NCBI GenBank assembly: GCA_029570375.1
Contig: JAKPXB010000043.1
Location: 1,225 to 65,224, forward strand
Direction: 5' to 3'
DNA length: 64,000 nucleotides
Source: Bacillota bacterium
Lineage (GTDB): Bacteria > Bacillota > Clostridia > Saccharofermentanales > DTU023
A model generated the notes under the pieces. It did not search any database. It was not told the origin of the DNA and worked only from the letters and a program-made list of their open reading frames with translations. Made by a program: the position numbers and the translations under genes. Positions 16,205 to 26,708 of this stretch are shown here, piece by piece; the stretch's first letter is position 1; every line of letters begins with the position of its first letter.

Positions 16205-18526
16205 TCACAGCAAGGAGAGCAGCGCTTCCGCTGTATTTGGAAACCCTTCCACACAAACCTTCTCTAAAAGTTCTTCAAGTTTCAGGCCGATCTCCTGTCC
16301 TTTGAAGCCGCGATCCGCGAGAACCTGGCCATCAATCGCCAGATCTTTCAGTTCCAGCCGCTGCCCACCCTGAATAATGTCGCGCGCCAGGCGGGCAACG
16401 CGCTCTGTTTCCGACAGAGCGGGCGTTTCCTGATTGACGTCAGCTCCCGCCGTTCCCGCGTGCGGCATAATGCCGCCGTACGTGAGCCTCCTGACCGCCA
16501 GTTCGCGCGCCCCGCGAAGCTCCAGACCTTTGAAAAAGATGTCATCCCCATAGGCGTGAAGTGCCCGCCAGACAGAGCGCTTCTCCGGAACCAGATCTTC
16601 TCCCTGAAAACGGAGGAGACTCTGCACGCGGCTGATGGTCGCGCGGTCATACCGAAGCGCCCGCAAAACGCCTTCCGCCAGTGCCGCAGACCGCTCGAAC
16701 ACGCCCTTCCCCGCGCTCTTGTCCGACGGCAGGACTGTTGATCCGGGAGTCCCCTCTGCCAAATCCCGCCCCCGCGGGGCGTCACTTTTTTCCTCTGAAT
16801 CTGCAGGTTCCGGCAGCACCTCTCCGAGATCGTACAGGAGCGCCGCGAGCCGCAGCGCCGCTTCCGGGCGGAGATGCGAAATACTCAGAATCGAGGCATC
16901 GAGCCGTGAGGCTGGCGTCTCGTTTCCTCCCGCCGAGGCGCCAAGAGGTGCGCGGGCGAGCGCGGTCATCTCGGGTATTATCACCGCGATTATCTCCGCG
17001 TACGACCGCAGTACAGAGAAGGCGTTCAAACCTGCCGCCATCCGGTTGAATTCCACTTGCAGGCGCTCAGGGGCGACGAGCCGCAGGAGATCCCTGTTCC
17101 GGAACATCGCGTCCTCTGTTTCGGTATCGATTCGGAACCCAAGCTCGGAAGACAGCCGCATCGCTCTGAATAGGCGGAGAGCGTCCTCCGAAAAACGGCG
17201 GTCAGGGTCTCCTACCGTCCGTATGATTCCTCTTGACAAATCCGATTGTCCGCCCCAGAGATCGACGAGACCGCGCTTTTCGTTCCAGGCGAGCGCGTTG
17301 ATGGTAAAGTCCCGGCGCGCGAGATCTTCTTCGATGGTTTCCGTAAAATGCACATCGTCGGGATGGCGGCAGTCTGAGTAAGCGCCCTCAGAGCGGAAAG
17401 TCGTCACCTCAACAAAGCTGACGCCGGTCATCACCGTCAAGGTGCCGTGCCGCACGCCTGTCGGAATAATCGTAAACCCCGGAAGACTGCGGATGACTTC
17501 CTCCGGGGTCGCCGAGGTCGCGAGATCCATATCGAAAGACCGGCGCCCGAGGAGTGAATCGCGCAGGTAGCCGCCAACGACAAAGCAATCGAACCCCGCG
17601 TCTTCAAGCAAGCGCATCACCTTCCGAACCGCTTCCGGAATCGCGATGGGATGGTTTCTGGCCCGGTTGGCTATAAAAAGCGCCGCCCGTTCGCCTGTCC
17701 GGCCGCCGGCCGCCAGCTCCCGCTCGAGAAATCCCCGGTGGTTGCCCAGAAACTCTTCCCGATAAGCGGCTGGGTCTTCCAGAAAATGTATGCACTGATC
17801 GGCCTGTTCCCGGCTGACAGCTCCCGACTCGAAGGCTAGACGGAAGAAAGGCTCTCCGGTCACGACCAGCGATAAGAGGGGAATACCCGCTTCGGCGAGC
17901 CGCTCTGCCCCGCCCTGTCCGCGGTCAACCACCGCGAAGGCGTATGCCATCGAAGCTCCGAGCGCTTCCACCGCGGGTATCCAGTTCCGGAAAAAACTGG
18001 ATGCTTCGGTCACCAGATCGGCGACGTGCAGTCCCCGGAGACCCTCCAGCGGCAGATCACGGGGGTCAAGCCGCTTGTCCGGCCCCTCGTCCCCACGGAA
18101 ATAGCAGCGGCCGTCCTTCAGAATTGTGAGGTGCGGTTTTCCCAGCGCGTCTGCGACTGCCAGTGAAAAGAAGAGATCGCGCCGTTCCCCGCCCGAAACG
18201 AAGTCAATGGCGTCTTTTACGGGTTCAAGCGCTTGAAGTGCCTCCTCCATCACATCATGGTACGCATTTCCCTCCGCGCTTTTCTGAGCGCGTAAGGTGG
18301 GAAGCAGTCGTTCTGTCAGCGTTTCCGGCGCTTTGAGCGCATCCTCGATCGCTGCGAGGAATCCCTTCGCGCAGGTTTCTCCTCCCAAAAGATAATGTGT
18401 GTTGATAAAGAAGGGGCCGAACGTCCCCGACGCGTACCAATAGGGGCGGTCCGGGGGCGCGATATCAAGCGCTTTCGTATCGAGCAGCCGTGTCATCATC
18501 GTATGCACTGTTATGTCCTTTCCCAA
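16205..18526 (-). CDS. cca: Fusion protein: N-terminal PyrE-like phosphoribosyltransferase domain plus C-terminal CCA-adding tRNA nucleotidyltransferase
   Basis: The N-terminal ~290 aa carry SGTFGPFFIN and a PRPP-loop-like LHVADLVTEASS. The C-terminal part carries VVGGYLRD, FDMDLAT (DxD) and RRDFTINA, all class II nucleotidyltransferase motifs. This is a single frame with no stop. Confidence 0.75.
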   Translation of the reverse strand: MGKDITVHTMMTRLLDTKALDIAPPDRPYWYASGTFGPFFINTHYLLGGETCAKGFLAAIEDALKAPETLTERLLPTLRAQKSAEGNAYHDVMEEALQALEPVKDAIDFVSGGERRDLFFSLAVADALGKPHLTILKDGRCYFRGDEGPDKRLDPRDLPLEGLRGLHVADLVTEASSFFRNWIPAVEALGASMAYAFAVVDRGQGGAERLAEAGIPLLSLVVTGEPFFRLAFESGAVSREQADQCIHFLEDPAAYREEFLGNHRGFLERELAAGGRTGERAALFIANRARNHPIAIPEAVRKVMRLLEDAGFDCFVVGGYLRDSLLGRRSFDMDLATSATPEEVIRSLPGFTIIPTGVRHGTLTVMTGVSFVEVTTFRSEGAYSDCRHPDDVHFTETIEEDLARRDFTINALAWNEKRGLVDLWGGQSDLSRGIIRTVGDPDRRFSEDALRLFRAMRLSSELGFRIDTETEDAMFRNRDLLRLVAPERLQVEFNRMAAGLNAFSVLRSYAEIIAVIIPEMTALARAPLGASAGGNETPASRLDASILSISHLRPEAALRLAALLYDLGEVLPEPADSEEKSDAPRGRDLAEGTPGSTVLPSDKSAGKGVFERSAALAEGVLRALRYDRATISRVQSLLRFQGEDLVPEKRSVWRALHAYGDDIFFKGLELRGARELAVRRLTYGGIMPHAGTAGADVNQETPALSETERVARLARDIIQGGQRLELKDLAIDGQVLADRGFKGQEIGLKLEELLEKVCVEGFPNTAEALLSLL

Positions 18527-19455
18527 AACTGCAGCCGCCCTGTGAATTCAGCGAGGCGGCTGTATCCGTACTGAGAAGCAATCTCAGCCATTTCACCCGG
18601 AAGACGGAAAATCATGCCCGGATCGACAAGCGAAGCCGTCCCGACTTGGACGGCTGACGCCCCGCAGAGCATAAATTCGAGCGCATCCTCCGCGCGGGCG
18701 ATACCGCCGAGGCCGACGATGGGGATATCCGTGTGATCATAAACTTCTTTGACCATGCGGAGAGCGACGGGTTTAATGGCTGGCCCGGAAAGCCCTCCCG
18801 TGTTATTTCGGAGAATCGGGCGCTCCGTCGCGAGATCGACGGCGAGTCCCAGCAGCGTATTGATGAGCACAACGGCGTCGGCGCCCCCCCGTTCCGCCGC
18901 CTGTGCGCAGAGAGCGATATGTGTGACATTCGGCGTCAGCTTCACCCACAGCGGTTTATCCGTGACCTCACGGCACGCGGCGGTCACCTCCTCGATCAGA
19001 TGCGGTTCTGAACCGATCGCGAGACAACCGGCGGAAACATTGGGGCAGGACAGATTCAGCTCTACCGCATCCACTTCTGTCTGATCGAGCAGACGCGCGA
19101 GTTCCGCGTATTCGCAGAGTTCCTGTCCCGCGATATTCGCGATAATCCTCGAACCATACGACAGCATCCGCGGCAATTCTTTCTCGAGGAAGCTTTCGAT
19201 CCCGGGGTTCTGAAGGCCGACGGCGTTCAGCATGCCTGATGCCGTCTCCGCGACACGCGGCGGCGGATTGCCGGCTCGCGGGCGCAGTGTCAGCCCTTTC
19301 GTGCAGATGCCGCCCAGAACGCTCAGATCATAATACGGCGCGAGTTCCCCGCCGAATCCGAATGTCCCCGAAGCCGCGATGACAGGATTATCGAAGGTCA
19401 GATCCCCCACACGGACAGTGCCGTCGACGGACGAACTTCTTTCATGGTCATTCAT
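18511..19455 (-). CDS. pyrD: Dihydroorotate dehydrogenase 1B, catalytic subunit
   Basis: MLNAVGLQNPG, LNLSCPNV, and NTGGLSGPAIKP. Confidence 0.9.
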   Translation of the reverse strand: MNDHERSSSVDGTVRVGDLTFDNPVIAASGTFGFGGELAPYYDLSVLGGICTKGLTLRPRAGNPPPRVAETASGMLNAVGLQNPGIESFLEKELPRMLSYGSRIIANIAGQELCEYAELARLLDQTEVDAVELNLSCPNVSAGCLAIGSEPHLIEEVTAACREVTDKPLWVKLTPNVTHIALCAQAAERGGADAVVLINTLLGLAVDLATERPILRNNTGGLSGPAIKPVALRMVKEVYDHTDIPIVGLGGIARAEDALEFMLCGASAVQVGTASLVDPGMIFRLPGEMAEIASQYGYSRLAEFTGRLQFWERT

Positions 19456-19613
19456 GCCGTTCCTTATCCTTTCATAGAGATACCGCCAAAAATATGCTTA
19501 TGCTCAGTCTTATTGTATCCTTTGTTTTTCCACTAAGTTCCCCTCCGGCTCAGGCAGCGGCAGGGGAAAACGCATGCTTTGCGGCAAACCGCCCTTCCCT
19601 TATGATCCGGTGC

Positions 19614-20450
19614 TTATACCAGCCCCGCCATGTTCCGCCACGCGACGCGGGACGCGTCGAACACCGGCCCTTCATAGCAGCACCTTTCATAAGCGATCTC
19701 TCCCGCGCGGTCGAGCACAGGGACCGCGCAGCCCAAACAGACACCGATGCCGCACGCCATTCTCGACTCGAGCGAGACATCGCAGGGGATACCCCGGCCT
19801 GCGGCGATCGCCGCGACCGCCCGCAGGAGGGGAACAGGTCCGCAGGTGATGATCTTCGCGCGGCCGGAGTTGCCGCCCGGGCTTTCCGCCGACGCGGAGA
19901 GCTCCGAAGAGAGCGCTTCCGCCGCGTTTCCGTGGAAATCCAGGCCGCCCGCGTCAGATGAAAAGACCGATCGATCCGCAAGGTTTCTCAGGCGCTCCGG
20001 CAGCAGGGTTTGCGCTTCCGAGCGGAAACCGGCGATCAGTGTTGTTTTGATCGAAAGGCGCTTCGCATCTTCCAAAGCAAAGATGACAGGGAAAAGACCG
20101 ATACCGCCGCCCACGGCGATAAGTTCACCGGTATTCTCCAGCGAGAAACCGCGGCCGAGAGGGCCGATCACGCTGACCGCTGTCCCTGCGGCCATCCCGA
20201 TGAGTTCTTCTGTCCCCGTGCCGGCAGCTCTGATCCCCAGCTCCACGGTTCCCCGCGCGCGGTCAGCCGACAGAATACTGATTGGGCGCCTGAGAAACCG
20301 GCTTGTGCTGAGTTGTACGAATTGGCCGGGCGAAGCTGTTCGGGCGACGGCAGGCGCGTCGAGTGTGAGAAGCGCCGTCTGCGGATCAAGCAGGATCTTC
20401 TCCGCGATTGTGGCCTGATAGACAAATCCTTTTCCTTTTAACACCGGCAT
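19614..20450 (-). CDS. pyrK: Dihydroorotate dehydrogenase electron-transfer subunit (FAD/2Fe-2S)
   Basis: RRPISI FAD motif and a C-terminal cluster CGIGVCLGCAV...C. Lies upstream of pyrD. Confidence 0.85.
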   Translation of the reverse strand: MPVLKGKGFVYQATIAEKILLDPQTALLTLDAPAVARTASPGQFVQLSTSRFLRRPISILSADRARGTVELGIRAAGTGTEELIGMAAGTAVSVIGPLGRGFSLENTGELIAVGGGIGLFPVIFALEDAKRLSIKTTLIAGFRSEAQTLLPERLRNLADRSVFSSDAGGLDFHGNAAEALSSELSASAESPGGNSGRAKIITCGPVPLLRAVAAIAAGRGIPCDVSLESRMACGIGVCLGCAVPVLDRAGEIAYERCCYEGPVFDASRVAWRNMAGLV

Positions 20451-20519
20451 CGCTGCTGTCCTTTCTTTCTTACGTCTGTTTTCGCTGTATTCGGCTGCGC
20501 AGAGAACATATTTCCGGGA

Positions 20520-21458
20520 TTATTCCGGGCGCTTAGGCCGTGCGGCGAGCGCGAGGCGCAGCGCGTCCCGCATCTCGAGCGCTTCCCTCCGGCATGCTTC
20601 AGCGAACTGCGCCTCCGGTAAATTATGTTTCTTCCACGCCAACATCAATGACCGCGCCGCGTTGACGACCGCGCCACGCCCTGATTCCGAGAACCCGGCA
20701 ACCGCGCCGTCCGCCTTCCCGCCTTGCGCCCCGTACCCCGGAATGAGAAAGAACGTATGGGGCAGGCGCTTGCGGATGGCGCGCGCTTCCTCCGGCCATG
20801 TCGCCCCGACGACGGCGCCGACGCTCGAAAAACCGGATGTGCCGATCAGCGGTTCGCCCCATGAGTGAATCAGATCGGCCATGGCTTCATACACGAATCG
20901 GCCGTCTGCCAGCTTGAGATCCTGCAGATCGCCGGCCGATGGATTCGATGTCCGGCAGAGTACAAAAATCCCGCGCCCTTCCGCGCCGCACGCGTCAACA
21001 AAAGGGCGGATCCCGTCAATCCCGAGGTACCCGTTGACTGTCAGCGCATCCGCATTGAACGCCGGGGAAAGCTCCGCGCCGCTCTCCCTGAGAAAAGCGC
21101 GCGCGTACGCTTCGGCGGTCGAACCGATGTCATTGCGCTTGGCGTCGACAATCACGATCATTTCTCTGCGCCGCGCGTAGCGGACGACATCGTGAAAAGC
21201 GAGGATACCCTCCGGTCCGTATTGTTCAAAGTAAGCTATCTGCGGTTTCACCGCGGGAATAATATCGGTGACCGCGTCAATCAGCGCGGAGCAGTATCTC
21301 GCGAGCAGTTCCCGTACGATACCCGCTCCGCCGCCGCATTCCATTCGTATACGCTCCGCGAAAGCTTCCGGTATATAGGACAGCATCGGATCGAGTCCGA
21401 GACAGCTCGGGTTTCCCAATGCGTCAATGCGTTCCTGAAGTCGATCTGCAAAATTCAT
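20520..21458 (-). CDS. pyrF: Orotidine 5'-phosphate decarboxylase (long type 2)
   Basis: VDAKRNDIGSTA motif, 312 aa, pyr operon context. Confidence 0.85.
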   Translation of the reverse strand: MNFADRLQERIDALGNPSCLGLDPMLSYIPEAFAERIRMECGGGAGIVRELLARYCSALIDAVTDIIPAVKPQIAYFEQYGPEGILAFHDVVRYARRREMIVIVDAKRNDIGSTAEAYARAFLRESGAELSPAFNADALTVNGYLGIDGIRPFVDACGAEGRGIFVLCRTSNPSAGDLQDLKLADGRFVYEAMADLIHSWGEPLIGTSGFSSVGAVVGATWPEEARAIRKRLPHTFFLIPGYGAQGGKADGAVAGFSESGRGAVVNAARSLMLAWKKHNLPEAQFAEACRREALEMRDALRLALAARPKRPE

Positions 21459-21605
21459 TTCTCCCTCACTTTACATGGCGGCCGCTCACGAGCCGCGCGT
21501 TCATGTTTCCCGCGGCGCGTTTAGCGTGTACCGCCGCGCTCAACCGCTCTCAGACTGTGCGTGTCCGCTTCACACGAGGCGACTGTATCCTGTCCGCGAC
21601 GCCGC

Positions 21606-22886
21606 TCACACCTGTTCCCATGTCGTGTGCCCTGCCATCATGGTCAGAACGGGAAACCCGTAGAGCGCCATGCCGCTGAAAGGCGTGTTTCTCGCTTTTG
21701 ACAGCGATTCCGAGACATCGTAAACGATTTCGCGCCCGAGGTCGACGAGTGTCAGATCAGCTGGTTCACCCGCCGCAAGCGCCGGAACGGGCAGACGGAA
21801 CAAGCGCGCCGGCGCTTCTGTCATTTTGAGTATGGCGTCGCGCAAGCTGAGAAGGCCTGTCTTCACGAGGACGGTATAGACGAGCGGGAAGCATGTTTCA
21901 AGGCCGATCATCCCGTTGTTCGCGAGCGAAAACTCACAGTCTTTCTCGTCTTCGTGGTGCGGCGCGTGGTCGGTCACAATCATGTCGAGCGTCCCGTCGC
22001 GCAATCCCTCGATCACCGCGAGGCGGTCGCTCTCTTCGCGCAGCGGGGGATTCACTTTCGCCATGGTATGGAAGCCCCGCACGGCTTCTTCCGTCAGGGT
22101 GAAATAATGAGGACACGTTTCCGCGGTCACCTTGACGCCGCGCGCCTTGGCCTGCCGGATAATCTCAACGCCGTTTGCCGTGCTGACATGGGCGATGTGG
22201 ACCGGAAGACCCGAGTATTCCGCAATCCTCGTATCGCGGTCAATCTGAATGTCCTCGGCGATCGAAGGGATGCCGCGCAGCCCCATTTCTGTTGAAACGA
22301 TGCCTTCGTTGATCACGCCGCCGGCGGCGAGCGACAGGTCCTCGCAGTGAGAGATCACCACGCGGTCGAAGTAAGACGCGTACTCGATGGCAGTCCGGAC
22401 GATGCCGGCGGCACTGACAGGCTTTCCGTCATCGGAGAATGCGACAGCTCCCGCTTCCGCCATGAACCCGATTTCCGCAATCTCCTCTCCCTTCTGTCCT
22501 TTTGTGACAGCGCCGATCGGCAGAACGCGGCAGTAACCCGCCTGCCCGGCTTTTTCAATCATGTACCGGATCACGGGTGCCGAATCCGCGACAGGTATCG
22601 TATTCGGCATCGCGGCAACAGCCGTGAAACCTCCCCGCGCGGCCGCGCGCGTCCCCGACACAATATCCTCCCGGTATTCAAACCCGGGATCCCGGAGATG
22701 CGCGTGCGCGTCGATCAGGCCGGGAAGCGCGGTCAGACCGGCTCCCTCGATCACGCGGTCAGGCTCTCCGGTGAGTTCCGCGACAAACACGCCGTCTTCA
22801 ACGGCGAGATCTGTCAGCTCCCCTGTCAGCCCGTTTATCACTTCTTTGATCAGCACTCTATTGTAAAATGGATATTCATTGTTCAT
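21606..22886 (-). CDS. pyrC: Dihydroorotase
   Basis: DAHAHLRDPG, TDHAPH, and a start at 22886 behind GGAGG. Confidence 0.9.
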   Translation of the reverse strand: MNNEYPFYNRVLIKEVINGLTGELTDLAVEDGVFVAELTGEPDRVIEGAGLTALPGLIDAHAHLRDPGFEYREDIVSGTRAAARGGFTAVAAMPNTIPVADSAPVIRYMIEKAGQAGYCRVLPIGAVTKGQKGEEIAEIGFMAEAGAVAFSDDGKPVSAAGIVRTAIEYASYFDRVVISHCEDLSLAAGGVINEGIVSTEMGLRGIPSIAEDIQIDRDTRIAEYSGLPVHIAHVSTANGVEIIRQAKARGVKVTAETCPHYFTLTEEAVRGFHTMAKVNPPLREESDRLAVIEGLRDGTLDMIVTDHAPHHEDEKDCEFSLANNGMIGLETCFPLVYTVLVKTGLLSLRDAILKMTEAPARLFRLPVPALAAGEPADLTLVDLGREIVYDVSESLSKARNTPFSGMALYGFPVLTMMAGHTTWEQV

Positions 22887-22911
22887 TTGAAAACCTCCGT
22901 TCATTAAACGC

Positions 22912-23909
22912 TCACGCCTGAAGGTTTCTTCTCGCGTTCAGCAGGAAAAGGACCGCCATGCGGACTGAAACACCGTTGGCGACCTGCTCGTGGATGACCG
23001 ACCGATCGTGCTCGTGGATATGGCTCGGCATCTCGACGCCGCGGTTGCACGGACCCGGATGCATAATGATCGCGTCTTCTTTCGCGCGGCGCAGGCATTC
23101 GTCATCGATCCCGAAGAATTTCGCGTATTCATTGACAGAAGGGAAGAGCACCTTGTGCTCGCGTTCGAACTGGACGCGCAGTCCCATAACGACATCAACA
23201 TCCTCGCACGCCTTCCGGACGTCATGATAGACCGTACAGGGCATCCTGTCGAGGAAACGGGGGATCAGTGTCGGAGGTCCGGCGACACGGACTTCCGCAC
23301 CCATCTTGGAAAGGCCCCAGACGTTCGAGCGCATGACGCGGCTGTGCATGGCGTCTCCGGCGATGACCACTTTCAGTCCTTTGAGATGCCCTTTGTATTC
23401 GACCATCGTCATCATGTCGAGAAGCGCCTGTGTCGGGTGCTCATTCATCCCGTCTCCGGCGTTGACCACCGAGGCGGAAATCTTCTCGGAAAGGTAGCGC
23501 GCAGCACCTGATTCGGGATGCCGCATGACGAGAATATCCGTTGACATCATATCGAGCGTCTTCGCCATGTCGTAGAGGTTTTCTCCTTTATTGATGCTGG
23601 ACCCTGTTTTTGAGATGTTCGAAGAGGTCGCGCCGAGGTATTTGCCGGCTGACTCAAAAGACAGCCTTGTGCGCGTCGAATTCTCCGCAAAAAAGTGAAT
23701 GATCGATTTCCCCTGGAGATGCGCGGTCTTCTTTGTCTGTACCGACAGAATCTGCTTCATAACGAACGCGGTATCGAGGATCAGCTGGATCTCTTCCGGG
23801 GATAATTCCTGCATTCCGAGAAGATCCTTTGTCCGAAGATGGCGCACGCCGACTTCCAGTGTTCTGTTGAGACCACGCACTTCATTCGGGAGAGGTTGAA
23901 CCTTTGCCA

Positions 23910-23910
<1 letters not shown>
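22912..23910 (-). CDS. pyrB: Aspartate carbamoyltransferase catalytic subunit
   Basis: STRTR, HPTQALLD and HPGP motifs. Confidence 0.9.
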
Positions 23911-24590
<680 letters not shown>

Positions 24591-24599
24591 TCGAGAATG

Positions 24600-24628
24600 A
24601 TTATAACGTCGTCCGTGCGGGTTGGCAA
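24600..24628 (-). promoter_or_regulatory. pyr operon promoter TTGCCA-N17-TATAAT
   Basis: Read on the minus strand, immediately upstream of the PyrR leader. Confidence 0.65.
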
Positions 24629-24796
24629 GTGTTGATCCACGTTTTATAGACAAAAATCTCATATAATCCCGCGGGATTTCCGTATCCGAATACATGAGGA
24701 CGCCGGACACACCTTAGTCAGATGTCACTTAAAAAGGCGCATAAACACGCCTCCGCTCTCGCTTGACAAAATACCGCGGAGATAAGAGCGGCTGCC

Positions 24797-25120
24797 TTAG
24801 TCCGCGTCCTCGTCCAGCGCCTCGAGGAGAAAACTGACCGGACGGAAGCCGTCGTTGCAGGAGATCATCGCCGACCGGGGATTTTTCATCCAGCCGCCAT
24901 AGATACGCTCACCGCCATACGCCAGCGTCATCACAAAAGGGGAAACGCTGTCCCAGGCGCTGTCGCAGAAGCCCTCCGGCTGACGCCAGCCGTTGGCGAT
25001 AAAAACCTGCCCCTGCTTCATATCGCAGGGATTCTCAAGAGGATTCTCGTACTGTTCCATCAAATCCTGATGAGAGACTATTTTCGCAACGGTGATTCGG
25101 ACCTTTTTCATCGGCAGCAC
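24797..25120 (-). CDS. Small conserved Cys-containing protein, resembling the TIGR04076 family
   Basis: 107 aa. The pattern KVRITV...CD..KQGQVFI.....PEGFC..AW......V..L..GG....W........ISCNDGFRPVSFLLE matches my memory of that family. Not verified. Confidence 0.5.
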   Translation of the reverse strand: MLPMKKVRITVAKIVSHQDLMEQYENPLENPCDMKQGQVFIANGWRQPEGFCDSAWDSVSPFVMTLAYGGERIYGGWMKNPRSAMISCNDGFRPVSFLLEALDEDAD

Positions 25121-25134
25121 TCTGTCATCTGGTG

Positions 25135-25722
25135 TCAGATAATCGGTTCAGGCTCAAAGAAAATGTGATTGTCTCCGTCGAAACCGGAAACCTGGGCGAG
25201 CGAGTAGATCTCGTAGCCACGTTCGCGCAGCTCATGACCGCCCGACTGGAAGGTCTTCTCGACAGCGACGCCGATACCGGCGATGGTGGCGCCGGCGCTC
25301 TTCACCAGATCAATCAGTCCGTTCAGCGCGCTGCCTTTCGCGAGGAAGTCGTCGATGATCAGGACGCGGTCTTCCGATGTCAGGAGACGGTGTGAAATCG
25401 AAATGGCGTAGGTTTTGCCTTTTGTATACGAGTGAACCGTCGACTGGTGGCGGTCTCCCGTCAGATTATAGCTCTCATATTTCTTAGCGAAAAGGAGCGG
25501 AACACCGAAGCGCATGGCAACGATTGTCGCGATCGCGATCCCCGAGGCCTCCAGCGTCATCACTTTCGTGATCTTGCGGTCTCCGAAATACGCATACCAC
25601 TCGTCAGCCATCTTCTGAAGGAACTGAACATCAACCTGCTGATTCAGAAAAGAGTCAACTAGTACAATCTCGCCAGGCATGATACGGCCTTCTTCCAGAA
25701 TTTTTTTCTCCATCTCTCTCAT
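25135..25722 (-). CDS. xpt: Xanthine phosphoribosyltransferase
   Basis: ILVDSFLNQQVD, VLIIDDFLAKGSA PRPP motif, about 195 aa. Start at 25722 behind GGAGA; 25728 is also possible. Confidence 0.85.
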   Translation of the reverse strand: MREMEKKILEEGRIMPGEIVLVDSFLNQQVDVQFLQKMADEWYAYFGDRKITKVMTLEASGIAIATIVAMRFGVPLLFAKKYESYNLTGDRHQSTVHSYTKGKTYAISISHRLLTSEDRVLIIDDFLAKGSALNGLIDLVKSAGATIAGIGVAVEKTFQSGGHELRERGYEIYSLAQVSGFDGDNHIFFEPEPII

Positions 25723-25825
25723 TTGCATTCTCCGATTTGCTTTGTCTGACCTTGTGTGAAAGACAATTGCCCTGTGCACTCAAGATTCCCGCGAAACAGG
25801 CGTTTTAAAGACTCATCATAGCATG

Positions 25826-25864
25826 AAAAGACCTCCTCGGCACCTTTGCCGCGGAGGTCTTTTC
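25826..25864 (-). terminator. Intrinsic terminator after the PYGQ-tail membrane protein gene
   Basis: AAAAGACCTCC...GGAGGTCTTTT, an 11-bp stem with flanking A and T tracts. Confidence 0.75.
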
Positions 25865-25929
25865 GCGTCTATTGCATGCATTTAATTCGATGGTAATTCT
25901 TCGTCAGGATATAGCGCAGAGAAGGGGAT

Positions 25930-26616
25930 TTACGGCTGCCCGTAAGGCGGCTGCTGGTCCTGCGGCTGTCCATACGACGGCTGTTGAGGCTGTTGAGGCT
26001 GCGGTTGTCCATAGGGCCCCTGCGGAGGCTGCTGTCCATACGGCGGATACGACGGCGGCTGAGGCGGCTGCCCGTATGGCTGCTGCGGGAACGGCGGCTG
26101 AGGCTGCCCGTAAGGTGGCTGAGACTGGGGCTGCCCGTAAGGCGCATAAGGCGCGCCTCCATAGGGAGCCTGCTGCTGCATCGCGGCTTTAAATTCTCCC
26201 TTCTGCTGTGCATTGAGGATCCCGCCGACCAGGATCAGCACAGATAAGACGATCTCTGTGATATTCGCATACGAGACATCGCTTAACAGCGATATAACGC
26301 CAAAGAACAGAAAGATCGCTCCGATCACAATGCAAAAGACGGCTCTCAGCGGGTCATTCCTGCGCTTGAATGCCATAATAGAGAGCGCCAGGACCAGAAC
26401 GCCGATCATAATGACAAGAATCCCCGCCACAGCGCCGAGCGCGGAGAATATTCCTCCGAGTGCTTCCGTTTCGAAAGTGGCAGAACCTGCGAACAAGCTG
26501 AACACAAACGATAGCGCAAACGTCATAATAATACCGATGATAATCAGACCGATTGAGCTGATAATCATCCCTATTGAGCCAATGGCAATAGGAACCATGC
26601 CTTTCGCTTTTTGCAT
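25930..26616 (-). CDS. Four-TM membrane protein with a Pro/Tyr/Gly/Gln low-complexity C-terminal tail
   Basis: Four hydrophobic helices, then a C-terminal tail of about 90 aa of PYGQPQ-type repeats. Confidence 0.6.
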   Translation of the reverse strand: MQKAKGMVPIAIGSIGMIISSIGLIIIGIIMTFALSFVFSLFAGSATFETEALGGIFSALGAVAGILVIMIGVLVLALSIMAFKRRNDPLRAVFCIVIGAIFLFFGVISLLSDVSYANITEIVLSVLILVGGILNAQQKGEFKAAMQQQAPYGGAPYAPYGQPQSQPPYGQPQPPFPQQPYGQPPQPPSYPPYGQQPPQGPYGQPQPQQPQQPSYGQPQDQQPPYGQP

Positions 26617-26708
26617 TTTATAAGTCTCCTTTACTTCAGATAATTTATCCGCCTGATGAGCAAATCATAATACTTTATTGATTATTAATGCAAGCCGGCA
26701 TACGCGTG

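Noticed and set aside
21459-21605. Second PyrR attenuator between pyrC and pyrF
   Set aside because: AGUCUGAGAGCGG only loosely resembles the PyrR site. The nearby GC stem (GCGCGGCG/CGCCGCG) has no U-tract, so I kept this only as a remark in a low-interest finding.
25723-25825. Possible purine riboswitch in the xpt leader (also checked upstream of guaA, 5780-5923)
   Set aside because: The roughly 100-nt xpt leader follows an extended -10 (TGcTATGAT). I could not find the conserved purine-aptamer elements (UAUAAU...GAUAUGG...CUACC...CCGUAAA...GACUA). Only short 5-bp stems are present.
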